A DNA stretch of 32,535 nucleotides, from positions 1-32,535 of the forward strand of contig JBNPEG010000018.1 of NCBI GenBank assembly GCA_051117555.1, given 5' to 3'. This document shows, in pieces, positions 17,778-26,768 of this stretch. Both the position numbers and the translations under genes were made by a program. The stretch's first letter is position 1; every line of letters begins with the position of its first letter. The notes under the pieces were generated by a model that was not told where the DNA came from, searched no databases, and saw only the letters and a list, made by a program, of their open reading frames with translations. The stretch comes from Elainellaceae cyanobacterium (GTDB lineage Bacteria > Cyanobacteriota > Cyanobacteriia > CAZCXK01).

Positions 17778-19697
17778 CTATTTGGGGCGATCGCCATTGC
17801 GGCTAAATCGAGTTTCATTCCACGCGCTGCCAATCCCTTTAAGGATGCCACGCCCGATGAGCCCAATACCGCGACCGATGACATCGGTTAGCAGGTAAAT
17901 CACGCCGCCGCCAATCCATGAAATTAGCGCGCGCAACCGAGGCGCCGTTGCATCGCGCACCTCAAGCGCAAACGTGACGATTAATGGAATTCCCGAAAGC
18001 CGTTCGAGTTCATCTCGTCGAGGCGCGTAGATGGGAAATTGTTTGATGCCAGTTCCCCGAAATATCAGCAATTGATATTGGCTCTCGAAAATATTTCGTG
18101 GTTCGCCAACCGATGCTTGAACCCGATACTTCCAAGATAGTTCGTTGCGAAATCGAGTAATCTCTCGACTCGACATAAGGCGGCGATCGTAGAAATTTTG
18201 CTTGATCGTTTCGACATCTGAAAAGCGATTGAGCAATGGCTGAATCACGGCATTCGCAACTTGAATAATCAGGTTATCTAGCAACCCTTCTGCCCGCGCC
18301 ATCGCCTCAGGAGTGCCCACATCACGGGGAATGCTATCAACCTCTAACGGCTCTTGAAACAGTAGATGAGCGAGCAAGTCGTCTGCAAATGGAATTTTCT
18401 CAAGAATCTCGATTTGAACACTATCAGCGTCTTGTCGCAGGGCATTCACCAACTCAACTTCAACGTTGTCAATTTGCAAAATGTAGTATCTGCCAAAAAA
18501 ATTAGAAATGACGGCTTGCCACAAATCCAACAAGAGCTGCGATCGCCGCTCAAAAATTTGTCGAGGCTGAATGTCTGAATAGCGCAATTCGTCTAGCAAA
18601 TCGACCAGCTTTCGCAAGACAATGCTGAGCAGTTCCCGGCGTTTGTCTTCCTGGAGAATGTCGATCTCAAGCGGAAACTCAGTTTGGTTGCGGAGACTCG
18701 TTTGCAGCCTTGCCAACACCGAGTCAAATAGGCTTGCCTGCATTCCGGCGATCGCCAAGGTTTGGGGATTACGTACGATAGGCAGCGATGGCGAGAGTGC
18801 CGATCCGTCTCCAGGCTGTTCTGATGTCGAAGATCCACTAGCGGGGCGTTGGATTGACTCAGCGGGCGAAGGGGGCAATCGTCCGTCCTCATCTTCTGAC
18901 GTCTCAGAAAAAGTAGGAGTCGCCAACAATCGACTGACTAGCCAGCGAGCTGCCCGCAGTTCTCGATGGCGCCCTGCCCAAACTGCCTGATCTAGCAGAG
19001 ACAGCTCGTCAGTCTGAAGCTGTTGGGTCACCCCATCCAATGCGTTTTCAATCTGCCGAATGCCTGAGACGCGGAGATTTCGGCGGAGTAATGTGAATGG
19101 ACTAATCTTGCCTGCTGGTGACAATGGGCCTGAGGGTCGATTAGATTGCCCAGACCGTCGCCGTGATTGGGGGGATGAGGCTATCCAGTAGGACTGTCCA
19201 GCCGCGACTTGCCGAATGGCAGTCACCAAATCTGCCACGTCTGCTCGCTTAGATAGATACCCCTTAGCCCCTGCCCGCTGAGCGGCAGTCTGCATCAAAG
19301 GCTCAGGGGAAGCGCTTAGGATGAGAATGGGAAGCGACGGATATTTGACTCGAATTTGCTGACAGAGGGTTAAACCCTGAATCGGATCGGAGGTGCCCCG
19401 CCCGAGTTCGAGACTTAGTAAGACTAGGTTGATGGGGATGGCGGATGATATCGCCGGTGAAGCGGCGGGATCGTCGGCAGACGACTGGCCATCGACAGTG
19501 GCACTAGCGGTGCTATTGACAGTGGCATCTAACCATTCTAGGGCACGGGTTCCATTCGCCGCTTCTGCAACGATGACGATATCCTCGAACGGCTCTAAAC
19601 AAATTCGCACCCCAAGTCGAAAGACTGAATCGTCTTCCACGAACAGAATGTGGATTGCTGTGCTGCCTTGAGAGGAAGGAATGTCGCGAGCGGTCAT
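17778..19697 (-). CDS. Receiver domain plus DUF3685 protein (Ycf55-like)
   Basis: N-terminal ILFVEDD...PILILS...GAKGYLSK; C-terminal SSREI.RFRN.LSW...EP..IFES and IGRGIGLIGRGIL.GIG. Confidence 0.85.
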   Translation of the reverse strand: MTARDIPSSQGSTAIHILFVEDDSVFRLGVRICLEPFEDIVIVAEAANGTRALEWLDATVNSTASATVDGQSSADDPAASPAISSAIPINLVLLSLELGRGTSDPIQGLTLCQQIRVKYPSLPILILSASPEPLMQTAAQRAGAKGYLSKRADVADLVTAIRQVAAGQSYWIASSPQSRRRSGQSNRPSGPLSPAGKISPFTLLRRNLRVSGIRQIENALDGVTQQLQTDELSLLDQAVWAGRHRELRAARWLVSRLLATPTFSETSEDEDGRLPPSPAESIQRPASGSSTSEQPGDGSALSPSLPIVRNPQTLAIAGMQASLFDSVLARLQTSLRNQTEFPLEIDILQEDKRRELLSIVLRKLVDLLDELRYSDIQPRQIFERRSQLLLDLWQAVISNFFGRYYILQIDNVEVELVNALRQDADSVQIEILEKIPFADDLLAHLLFQEPLEVDSIPRDVGTPEAMARAEGLLDNLIIQVANAVIQPLLNRFSDVETIKQNFYDRRLMSSREITRFRNELSWKYRVQASVGEPRNIFESQYQLLIFRGTGIKQFPIYAPRRDELERLSGIPLIVTFALEVRDATAPRLRALISWIGGGVIYLLTDVIGRGIGLIGRGILKGIGSAWNETRFSRNGDRPK

Positions 19698-19728
19698 CGC
19701 CCAAAATAGGTGAACATTAGATTATCGA

Positions 19729-19820
19729 TATAGCGATCCTAAATCGCTTGTGAATTGTGTGTGAGTGGTGGGGCGGGCGGCGCCCGCCCCACCACTCACA
19801 ACCCATCTAAGATTGCTATA
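19729..19820. mobile_element. 92-bp MITE/REP-like element, copy B (inverted relative to copy A)
   Basis: Ends TATAGCGATC and GATTGCTATA; perfect 18-bp stem at 19760-19777/19783-19800. Confidence 0.85.
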
Positions 19821-19896
19821 GCATACTGTCATTCACTGGTTTTGCCCAATTTTTTACGTTTTTTCGCCGCCTCTGTTTTTTCGCTGTGTCTGTACA

Positions 19897-22659
19897 TTAG
19901 TCGTCGCGCATAACCAAAATGATATTTTCGGTTACCTTCTCAAAGGTATCATCGTGGCTAATCACAAATAGTTGATGGAAGCTGCGAATATTGGCGATCG
20001 CCTCGGCTAACCGTTCCCGGCGGGGGCGATCCATATTGGTGGTTGGCTCATCGAAGAAGGCAATATCGACGTCTGCAAGAACCCGCAGCAGTGCAAGTCT
20101 GACTGCCAGTGCGGCACACATTTGTTCTCCTCCCGAAAGATTAATAAACCGGCGAGTGTGAGTTCCTTCATGCACTAAAATTTCGTAGTCTCGTGTCCAT
20201 TCCAGTCCAACGTTTTGCCGATCGAGCAGTTCTCGAAATAGGCGATCGGCCTCTCGCGAGATGCTATGCACATAGCGCTCCGTAATTCGCGGACCTGCTT
20301 CTTTATATGCCTTCCGCGAAAAACTAATGAATCGTCGAATGCGATTGCGTTCTTTGATCTCAGCATAGGTGCGATCGCGCTTTTCAGCGACGTCTTTCAA
20401 GTCGGCAATGCGGCGATCAAGTTCGCTTAAAAGATGACGCTGCTGGGGCAGGCTGCCCTCGATGCGGTCGGCTTGGCGGCGGGTGTCATGATATTGCGTT
20501 TCGACCTGCTGCCATTCGTCAGAATTATACGTTTGTCGAATAGCGTCTAATTGCGACTGCACGCCATCGCGACGGGCATGAAGGGTTTGAAGCTGGGCGA
20601 TCGCCGTACGAAAATCATGCTCTAGCGTCGGCAGGCGCTGGGCATCTGCCTCCTGTTGCACGTATACCAGATAGCCTCCCTGATGGGTTTGGCGAAGGCG
20701 CTTTTGATGATCAATCTGGGTGTCGAGGTCGGCAACGTCTGCGAGTTGGCGGGTGAGATCGTCAATCGCTTGCTGGATCGTTGCTTGATTCGTTTTGGCG
20801 CGAGTGTAAGCAGCCTCAAGCGAGTCGTGCTGGTCAAGCTGCCGTTGGATGAGCTGACTCCGACCTCGCGGGTCGCCTAGCTGATTCAGCGATGCTTCGA
20901 TTTGCGATCGCGCTTGCAGCCATTGATCGTGGGTCGATAGCTGGGCCTCTAGCTTAGCCAGTCGAGTTTGCAGACGTTGAAGCTCTGCCTCCATCTCGGT
21001 TTGGCGAATCTGTTTAGAATCGAGCGTCGCCAATTCTGCTCGCTGCTGATAGGCCAGATCAAGCTTGCGCCGAACGGCCGTTAACTCATGTGCTAGCTGC
21101 TCCGTCGATACTTGGGCTGACAAATCAGCCAGAATGCTGTGTAGCGCATCTAGAAGCTCAGTATTTAACTCAACTCCTGCTTGAATCGTTGCCAGGGCAA
21201 CCTCAACCGAATTGGCAGCTAGCAGCGGAACAGCCTGTTGAACGTCTGCCAGAATTTTGAGCGCGTCATGAACCTCAGACTGATGGCGATCGCGCTTTTC
21301 TTCGCCAGTCGTGACCAACTGTTGAAGTTCGGCTTCAAACTGCTGGGCAGCGTCAACCCGACTCATCTGTTCGTGGAGGCGATCGCGATGGGCTTCTAGT
21401 TCAGCAATCTGGTTCACCGAGACTGCCAGGGCTTGGATGCGCTGAATATCTTGAGTAATGTGGGCATAATCGGCTCGAAGTTTTTGCATCTGAGCGGCGA
21501 GGGCTTGATGCTCTAGAGTGAGTACCTGAAGCTGCTGAAGCTGCTCGATAGCATGGTGGTGTTGCGTTTCTAAATCTAATTGCTGCTGAATCCGGGGATG
21601 CAATTGTTCGAGTTCTGATCGAGCATGGGCAAGCTGCTCTTGCTGTACAGACAGGCGTGCTAATTCTGATTGATACTGGGCGAGCTGTTTTTCGTGGCGA
21701 TCGCGCTGGTTGATTAATGCTTGACGCTGTTTTATCTGCTGATCAAGGTCATCGAGCGTAGCGTTAGCCGTAAGAAATATCTGATGGCTAGACTGATGGG
21801 TTTTGCAGGTTTCTGCTGCCTGTTTGGCTCGCTGAAGCGATCGCTCTAATAATTGATTGGTCGCGTGCTTGCCCTCAATTTGGGTTAACACGTGTTGGAT
21901 TTGGTTGTCTAGGGTTTGTACCTGATTTGCCTGGGCTGCAAGCTGCTCTTTTTTTGCTGAAAGCTGAACGAGATCAGACTGGATTTGAGTTAGCGCCGCT
22001 TCATCCCGGGCGATCGCCTCTCGAATGTCGTTCTGTTTGATTTGCAGCATCTCCCAATCTTGGAGGCGTTCTTCATACTGGGCAATGATGCTTTCTCGCT
22101 TTTCGATTTCGGCTTTCGCGTATTTCTCAAGCGCTAACCCTTGACGATAGGCGATTTGATATTCTTCAACCTTAAGAATGGCATCAAAAATCGGTTTGCG
22201 TTTCTCGGCAGGCTGCAAAAAGTCAAGCGTAAACGTCCCTTGAGGAACCCCAATCGTATTAGCAAACAATCGTCCTAAATCGGTGCCAGGGGCAATACCC
22301 ATATGCTGCCGGAGCCAGGGCATCACCTCGTCTTCGATATGCTTGTAGGGCAACCGCTGATTGAGTTGAGGATCATATAGGGTATACCCTCGGCTCGTAC
22401 ATCGCTGCACTTCGTAGGTGCGACCATCGCGACTCGATATCAGCCGAACAATCGCTTGAGCGCTACCAGACCCATTTCGGATCAAATCTTCATTTTTATA
22501 CGATCCTCGGTAGTTAAATAACGTCCAAGCGATCGCCTCTAAAATACTTGTTTTTCCAGCCCCGTTCTCACCGCAAATGGCGTTGGTTCCAGGCTGAAAC
22601 TCAAACTGGCGATCGCTGTGGGATTTGAAGTTTTTTAGCGTGACAGAGAGAATTTCCAT
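19897..22659 (-). CDS. sbcC: SbcC/Rad50-like SMC-family ATPase
   Basis: NFKSH, Walker A GENGAGKTS, Q-loop VPQG, long coiled coil, signature LSGGE, Walker B/D-loop FFDEPTTNMD and H-switch ISHD. Confidence 0.8.
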   Translation of the reverse strand: MEILSVTLKNFKSHSDRQFEFQPGTNAICGENGAGKTSILEAIAWTLFNYRGSYKNEDLIRNGSGSAQAIVRLISSRDGRTYEVQRCTSRGYTLYDPQLNQRLPYKHIEDEVMPWLRQHMGIAPGTDLGRLFANTIGVPQGTFTLDFLQPAEKRKPIFDAILKVEEYQIAYRQGLALEKYAKAEIEKRESIIAQYEERLQDWEMLQIKQNDIREAIARDEAALTQIQSDLVQLSAKKEQLAAQANQVQTLDNQIQHVLTQIEGKHATNQLLERSLQRAKQAAETCKTHQSSHQIFLTANATLDDLDQQIKQRQALINQRDRHEKQLAQYQSELARLSVQQEQLAHARSELEQLHPRIQQQLDLETQHHHAIEQLQQLQVLTLEHQALAAQMQKLRADYAHITQDIQRIQALAVSVNQIAELEAHRDRLHEQMSRVDAAQQFEAELQQLVTTGEEKRDRHQSEVHDALKILADVQQAVPLLAANSVEVALATIQAGVELNTELLDALHSILADLSAQVSTEQLAHELTAVRRKLDLAYQQRAELATLDSKQIRQTEMEAELQRLQTRLAKLEAQLSTHDQWLQARSQIEASLNQLGDPRGRSQLIQRQLDQHDSLEAAYTRAKTNQATIQQAIDDLTRQLADVADLDTQIDHQKRLRQTHQGGYLVYVQQEADAQRLPTLEHDFRTAIAQLQTLHARRDGVQSQLDAIRQTYNSDEWQQVETQYHDTRRQADRIEGSLPQQRHLLSELDRRIADLKDVAEKRDRTYAEIKERNRIRRFISFSRKAYKEAGPRITERYVHSISREADRLFRELLDRQNVGLEWTRDYEILVHEGTHTRRFINLSGGEQMCAALAVRLALLRVLADVDIAFFDEPTTNMDRPRRERLAEAIANIRSFHQLFVISHDDTFEKVTENIILVMRDD

Positions 22660-22719
22660 AGGGTAGTACGGATTTACCTACCCAACTTTAGCAACATCCA
22701 CTCAATCATACTCGTGACA

Positions 22720-24306
22720 TCACTGGAGATAGTCCAAAATCCCTGCGGCGATCGCCTCTGCCATCTGAGTACGGAAGTTGGGATCTCGGAGCCGGGCGGC
22801 ATCATTGCGCCCTGTCACAAAGCCAGTTTCTACAAGCGCCGCAGGCATTGAGGTATTCCGCAACACATAGAAGCGGGCTTCCCGAACGCCGCGATCGACC
22901 ATTCCCGTGCTTCGGATAATACTGCGCTGAATGCTCTGCGCTAAGCGATAGCCGGATGACGAGGCATAATAATAGGTTTCCGCACCATTGACTTCGGGAC
23001 GACTCAAGCTAATCGCATTAGCATGAATGCTGACGAATATCGTGGCATTAGCTCGCTCTGCGGTGTTGATTCTTGGATCGAGGTCGATTTCCCGGTCGTC
23101 TTGGCGTGTCAAAACGGTGCGTACGCCCTGTTGCTCTAGAATAGTGGCAACTTTTCGAGAAATATCAAGCACAATATCGGCTTCTTCGATGCTGCCAATG
23201 CCCACAGCACCCGGGTCGCGCCCCCCGTGGCCAGGGTCAATTGCTACGAGAAATCGACCGTTTGGCACGCGGGGCAAATCATTGCTGGGGGGAATCGGTC
23301 GTGGGGGTGACGGGGGAGGCGTGGAGAGGCGATCGCCATTATCTGACCGACTGTGCTCAATATCTAAAATGCGAACTTCGAGCCCTTCTTTTTCTAGGTC
23401 TTCTTTGAATTCTTCTGCATCGCTTCGCTCTCGGTAAAGCCCGACCTGCATGACAACTTCACCATCGACCGTGGTGCGGAATGCGCTCGAGACGATTCGG
23501 CGCACTCGACTTTGCTCAATTAGGGTTGGGGCAGGAACGACTAATCGATAATCAAATCCTAGATTAGACGCGTGCTCAGACGGGGGTGGGGGCGTCCCGT
23601 TATAGATCCGTGGAATTGATGGCCGTGGGGAAAGCGGAGTCGAACCAGGTGTCACCGGGCGCGGCGTGACGGGTCTGGGGGCGCCAGGACGAGCGGTCGG
23701 AGACTGGGGCGGCGAAAGCCTGGGAGGCACAATTGGATTGGGGTCAGGAGCGGCTGCAATGAGCTCATCAATGCTTTGATCGTGGGACAGATAGTAATGC
23801 CCTAGGGACTGACCGTTATACACTCGTTTGGTGAGTCGCCAGCCTGGATTGAGCTCGATTCGCACCAGATCTCCTGGAGCCGTAGTGGTGCTGCCAATTT
23901 CGACGGGAGGGGAGTTGCGATCCACATTCGATGCGCCAACCAGTTTGAGGGTGCTGCCGTCGCGAACAACTTGCAGTCGATATTTCCAGCCTAAATCTTC
24001 ATCACCTGCCCGAATTGAATAACCGTTACTGTCCGTACCTCGGTTACAAATTCCTGTGAAATCGAAGTCGAGCAGCAACGGTTCGACAACGCTTCCTTGC
24101 TCACGCCAACAATCTCGGCGATCGCTGATTTGTTCGAGAATCAGCAGTTGATGAGAGGACGTGCCCACCGGACTGGCGATCGCAATCACACGGTCGGGAT
24201 CGAGGTCTCGCTGTCCAAAAGCAGTCGCATGGGCAGGTGAGGTAAAGAACCCATTGGCTCCTAGTCCTAATGCTGCTAAGAGTGCAAGTCGTCCAAGTCC
24301 TTTCAT
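22720..24306 (-). CDS. N-acetylmuramoyl-L-alanine amidase (signal peptide, DUF3747-like domain, Pro-rich linker, SPOR-like domain, Amidase_3)
   Basis: DPGHGG, SIHAN and LVETGF catalytic motifs; signal ending AHA; LLILEQI....CW.E and C.R.TDSNGYSIR. ATG at 24306; the ORF track starts at 24366. Confidence 0.9.
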   Translation of the reverse strand: MKGLGRLALLAALGLGANGFFTSPAHATAFGQRDLDPDRVIAIASPVGTSSHQLLILEQISDRRDCWREQGSVVEPLLLDFDFTGICNRGTDSNGYSIRAGDEDLGWKYRLQVVRDGSTLKLVGASNVDRNSPPVEIGSTTTAPGDLVRIELNPGWRLTKRVYNGQSLGHYYLSHDQSIDELIAAAPDPNPIVPPRLSPPQSPTARPGAPRPVTPRPVTPGSTPLSPRPSIPRIYNGTPPPPSEHASNLGFDYRLVVPAPTLIEQSRVRRIVSSAFRTTVDGEVVMQVGLYRERSDAEEFKEDLEKEGLEVRILDIEHSRSDNGDRLSTPPPSPPRPIPPSNDLPRVPNGRFLVAIDPGHGGRDPGAVGIGSIEEADIVLDISRKVATILEQQGVRTVLTRQDDREIDLDPRINTAERANATIFVSIHANAISLSRPEVNGAETYYYASSSGYRLAQSIQRSIIRSTGMVDRGVREARFYVLRNTSMPAALVETGFVTGRNDAARLRDPNFRTQMAEAIAAGILDYLQ

Positions 24307-25569
24307 AGGAGTTACCAATAGTAGATGAGTTTCCAAGGAGTTTTGCGTATTCCGACCTAGCGTCAAGGGGCCCTAAAGCTAATCCCATCTGGGTTTAGTA
24401 AGTCTTGTGGCACTGGCACCTCGTCAACGCGAATGAATTGGCGGATAAGCCGTCGGTTCATTTAAATATCGATGTCTGCATAGTCAACATCTCGAATCGT
24501 CTAAATCTGTTGAGAGTAAATCAATGCGAATCAATTGCGAATCAATATTGATTTATCTCAACCGCAATGTAGAGTGGGCATCGAGCATACTCAACGGAGA
24601 TCAGTCTGCATCACATCCTTATCCTCTCCAGCGGCACAGGATTTCAGGGACAGGGTAGTTAAAGTTTATGAACTGTGACAGATCACCGTCCTATCGTCGA
24701 ATTGGAATAATTCGGTGAATCGGGCTATGCATGGGTCATTTGGCTGGATTAGTCCATGTGGGTCAGATTGTGATGTCGATATGGTTCGATAGTCCAATCA
24801 AGAATCTGTCCAACGAAGGACGCTCAGTGCGTGGTCTTACTACGATGCTTTTCCTACCTAGAGTCGTAATATGAGGCACAAGATTTACCCACCCCTATGG
24901 CCTCACCCCTGATTGACTGACATATTTTTAATTGAATGGAAACGCTATTCCTAGCATGAGGAACGACATCCCGACACAAAATCCGGCGTCTTAAAGCGGA
25001 AAATCTAAATTTTTAGACCTATATTACTAACCTTGCTTTCTGGAAATGCACTAGCGCCAATGCCAGGCTGTTCAATCAGGCCAAATCAGAAAAGCACACT
25101 GATTTTTGTCAATTTAAACGCCAATTTCTGATATATCTCTACCCTCAAACAAAAATTTCTTCTGCACGAATAGAGAACATTTATACTACATTGAAAAATT
25201 TTACATGCCCTCTATTTAAGGCTCTGTCAGGTCTGCTCTTAAGCAGGTATTTGGCAACTCAAGAAATTGAAGCAGGATAGGAGTTCAAGAATATGCGTTA
25301 GGCAATTTTTATAGGCACAAGTTCTTAGAAAGCCCGATCGAAAGGGGAGCGGATCTGACACTCAATCTAATTTTTGTTCGGTCAACGTATATGAAAGAGT
25401 TTTTATTTGATTTGCCTTGCAAAAACAATATCGATTGTTTTATTTTTAAGAAAAACCTTAGGGTTTACAATTAAGTTTAATTGCTCTGACTCAATCCTAT
25501 ATAAGGCGTCTCAAATTCTATAAGGCTTCTCACATTCAAATTGACCCTTAGCTGTTTCAAAGGTATGTT

Positions 25570-26673
25570 ATGGAACTTTTAGCACTCACTCATGCGGCTA
25601 CCGCATACGAAGATCCTAGACCTGAACCACAACTGCGTTCTTTAGATGAGTTCAATATTCAGTTGCCGAGTTCTACATGGATGGGGCTTGCAGGGTTTGC
25701 AGTTGCTGCATCCGTCGTTGGTCACACCCCAAACGCGAATGCTGTCGTAGGTCCTGGAGATATTTGTCCACCCGTGTCTGACGTCCAGCAGGCGTTATTA
25801 GACGCTGGCTTTAGCCCAGGCGGGGTAGACGGAATCTACGGCGTCGGAACGACAGCCGCCGTTCAAAATTTTCAGAGCCTCAATGGGCTAGCAATTGATG
25901 GCGTTGTGGGCCCATCAACGGCTGATGCACTCGGATTGGGGGATGCTGGAGACCCAGGCAACCCATTCTTAATTGGCAACAGTTGTGAGGGCGGAGGAAT
26001 CGGTGGCGGTAGTGACGTGATTGTGGCCGCGGCAGGCGGAGTGAATGTCCGAGAGGCTCCCGGCTTTACTCGCATCATTGGCTTTGCTGGCAGCGGTGAA
26101 TCCCTCTCTTTGACCGGAGAGAGAGTGTTTTCAGGGGGTTATAACTGGGTTAAACTAGCCGGGGAAGCGGGTTGGGTTGCTGAAGAGTTCCTCTCCTTCG
26201 GCGGCGGGGATGGTGGCTTTATTGGTGGCGGCTATGAAGGTCCTGCAACCGTTTCTACGGCCAGCGGATTAGGCGTGAACGTGCGTTCCTCACCCGACGG
26301 ATTCCGAGCCTATGGATTGCCTGACGGAGCAGTAGTTGACCTCACTGGAGTTTATTCTGATTCAGGTGGTTTCCGCTGGGCAGCGCTCTCAGATGGAAAT
26401 TGGGTTGCATCCGAATTTTTGGCAACCGGTGTGGGTACACCCGGTGGTACGACCGGCGGCGGCGGCATCTTCTTTGGTTCATCCGGTACGAGAGTTATCA
26501 GCACACTCAGCGGACTTGGCATTAATGTGCGCGATACGCCGGATGGTGTTGTCCTGTATGGATTAGATGACGGAGCGACTGTGTTTCTTACCGGGCGCTA
26601 TAGCTTTGAGGGCGGCTTCCAATGGGCAGAGGTGTCAGGGGGCGGATGGGTTGCGACTGACTATCTCATTTAG
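25570..26673 (+). CDS. Secreted peptidoglycan-binding protein (PG_binding_1 plus three SH3-like repeats)
   Basis: VQQAL...G..DGIYG..T..AV..FQ...GL..DGVVG..T; three repeats G.NVR..P...W......WVA..FL separated by Gly-rich linkers. Confidence 0.88.
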   Translation: MELLALTHAATAYEDPRPEPQLRSLDEFNIQLPSSTWMGLAGFAVAASVVGHTPNANAVVGPGDICPPVSDVQQALLDAGFSPGGVDGIYGVGTTAAVQNFQSLNGLAIDGVVGPSTADALGLGDAGDPGNPFLIGNSCEGGGIGGGSDVIVAAAGGVNVREAPGFTRIIGFAGSGESLSLTGERVFSGGYNWVKLAGEAGWVAEEFLSFGGGDGGFIGGGYEGPATVSTASGLGVNVRSSPDGFRAYGLPDGAVVDLTGVYSDSGGFRWAALSDGNWVASEFLATGVGTPGGTTGGGGIFFGSSGTRVISTLSGLGINVRDTPDGVVLYGLDDGATVFLTGRYSFEGGFQWAEVSGGGWVATDYLI

Positions 26674-26703
26674 AGATTCCCAGATGGGCCATTCACTATG
26701 ACA

Positions 26704-26733
26704 AAAAGGGCTTAGCCGTTGCTAAGCCCTTTT
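26704..26733. terminator. Bidirectional rho-independent terminator
   Basis: AAAAGGGCTTAGC-CGTT-GCTAAGCCCTTTT lies between convergent genes. Confidence 0.85.
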
Positions 26734-26768
26734 CAATTTGATTTAACTTGACGGATTGAATTTGGAGT

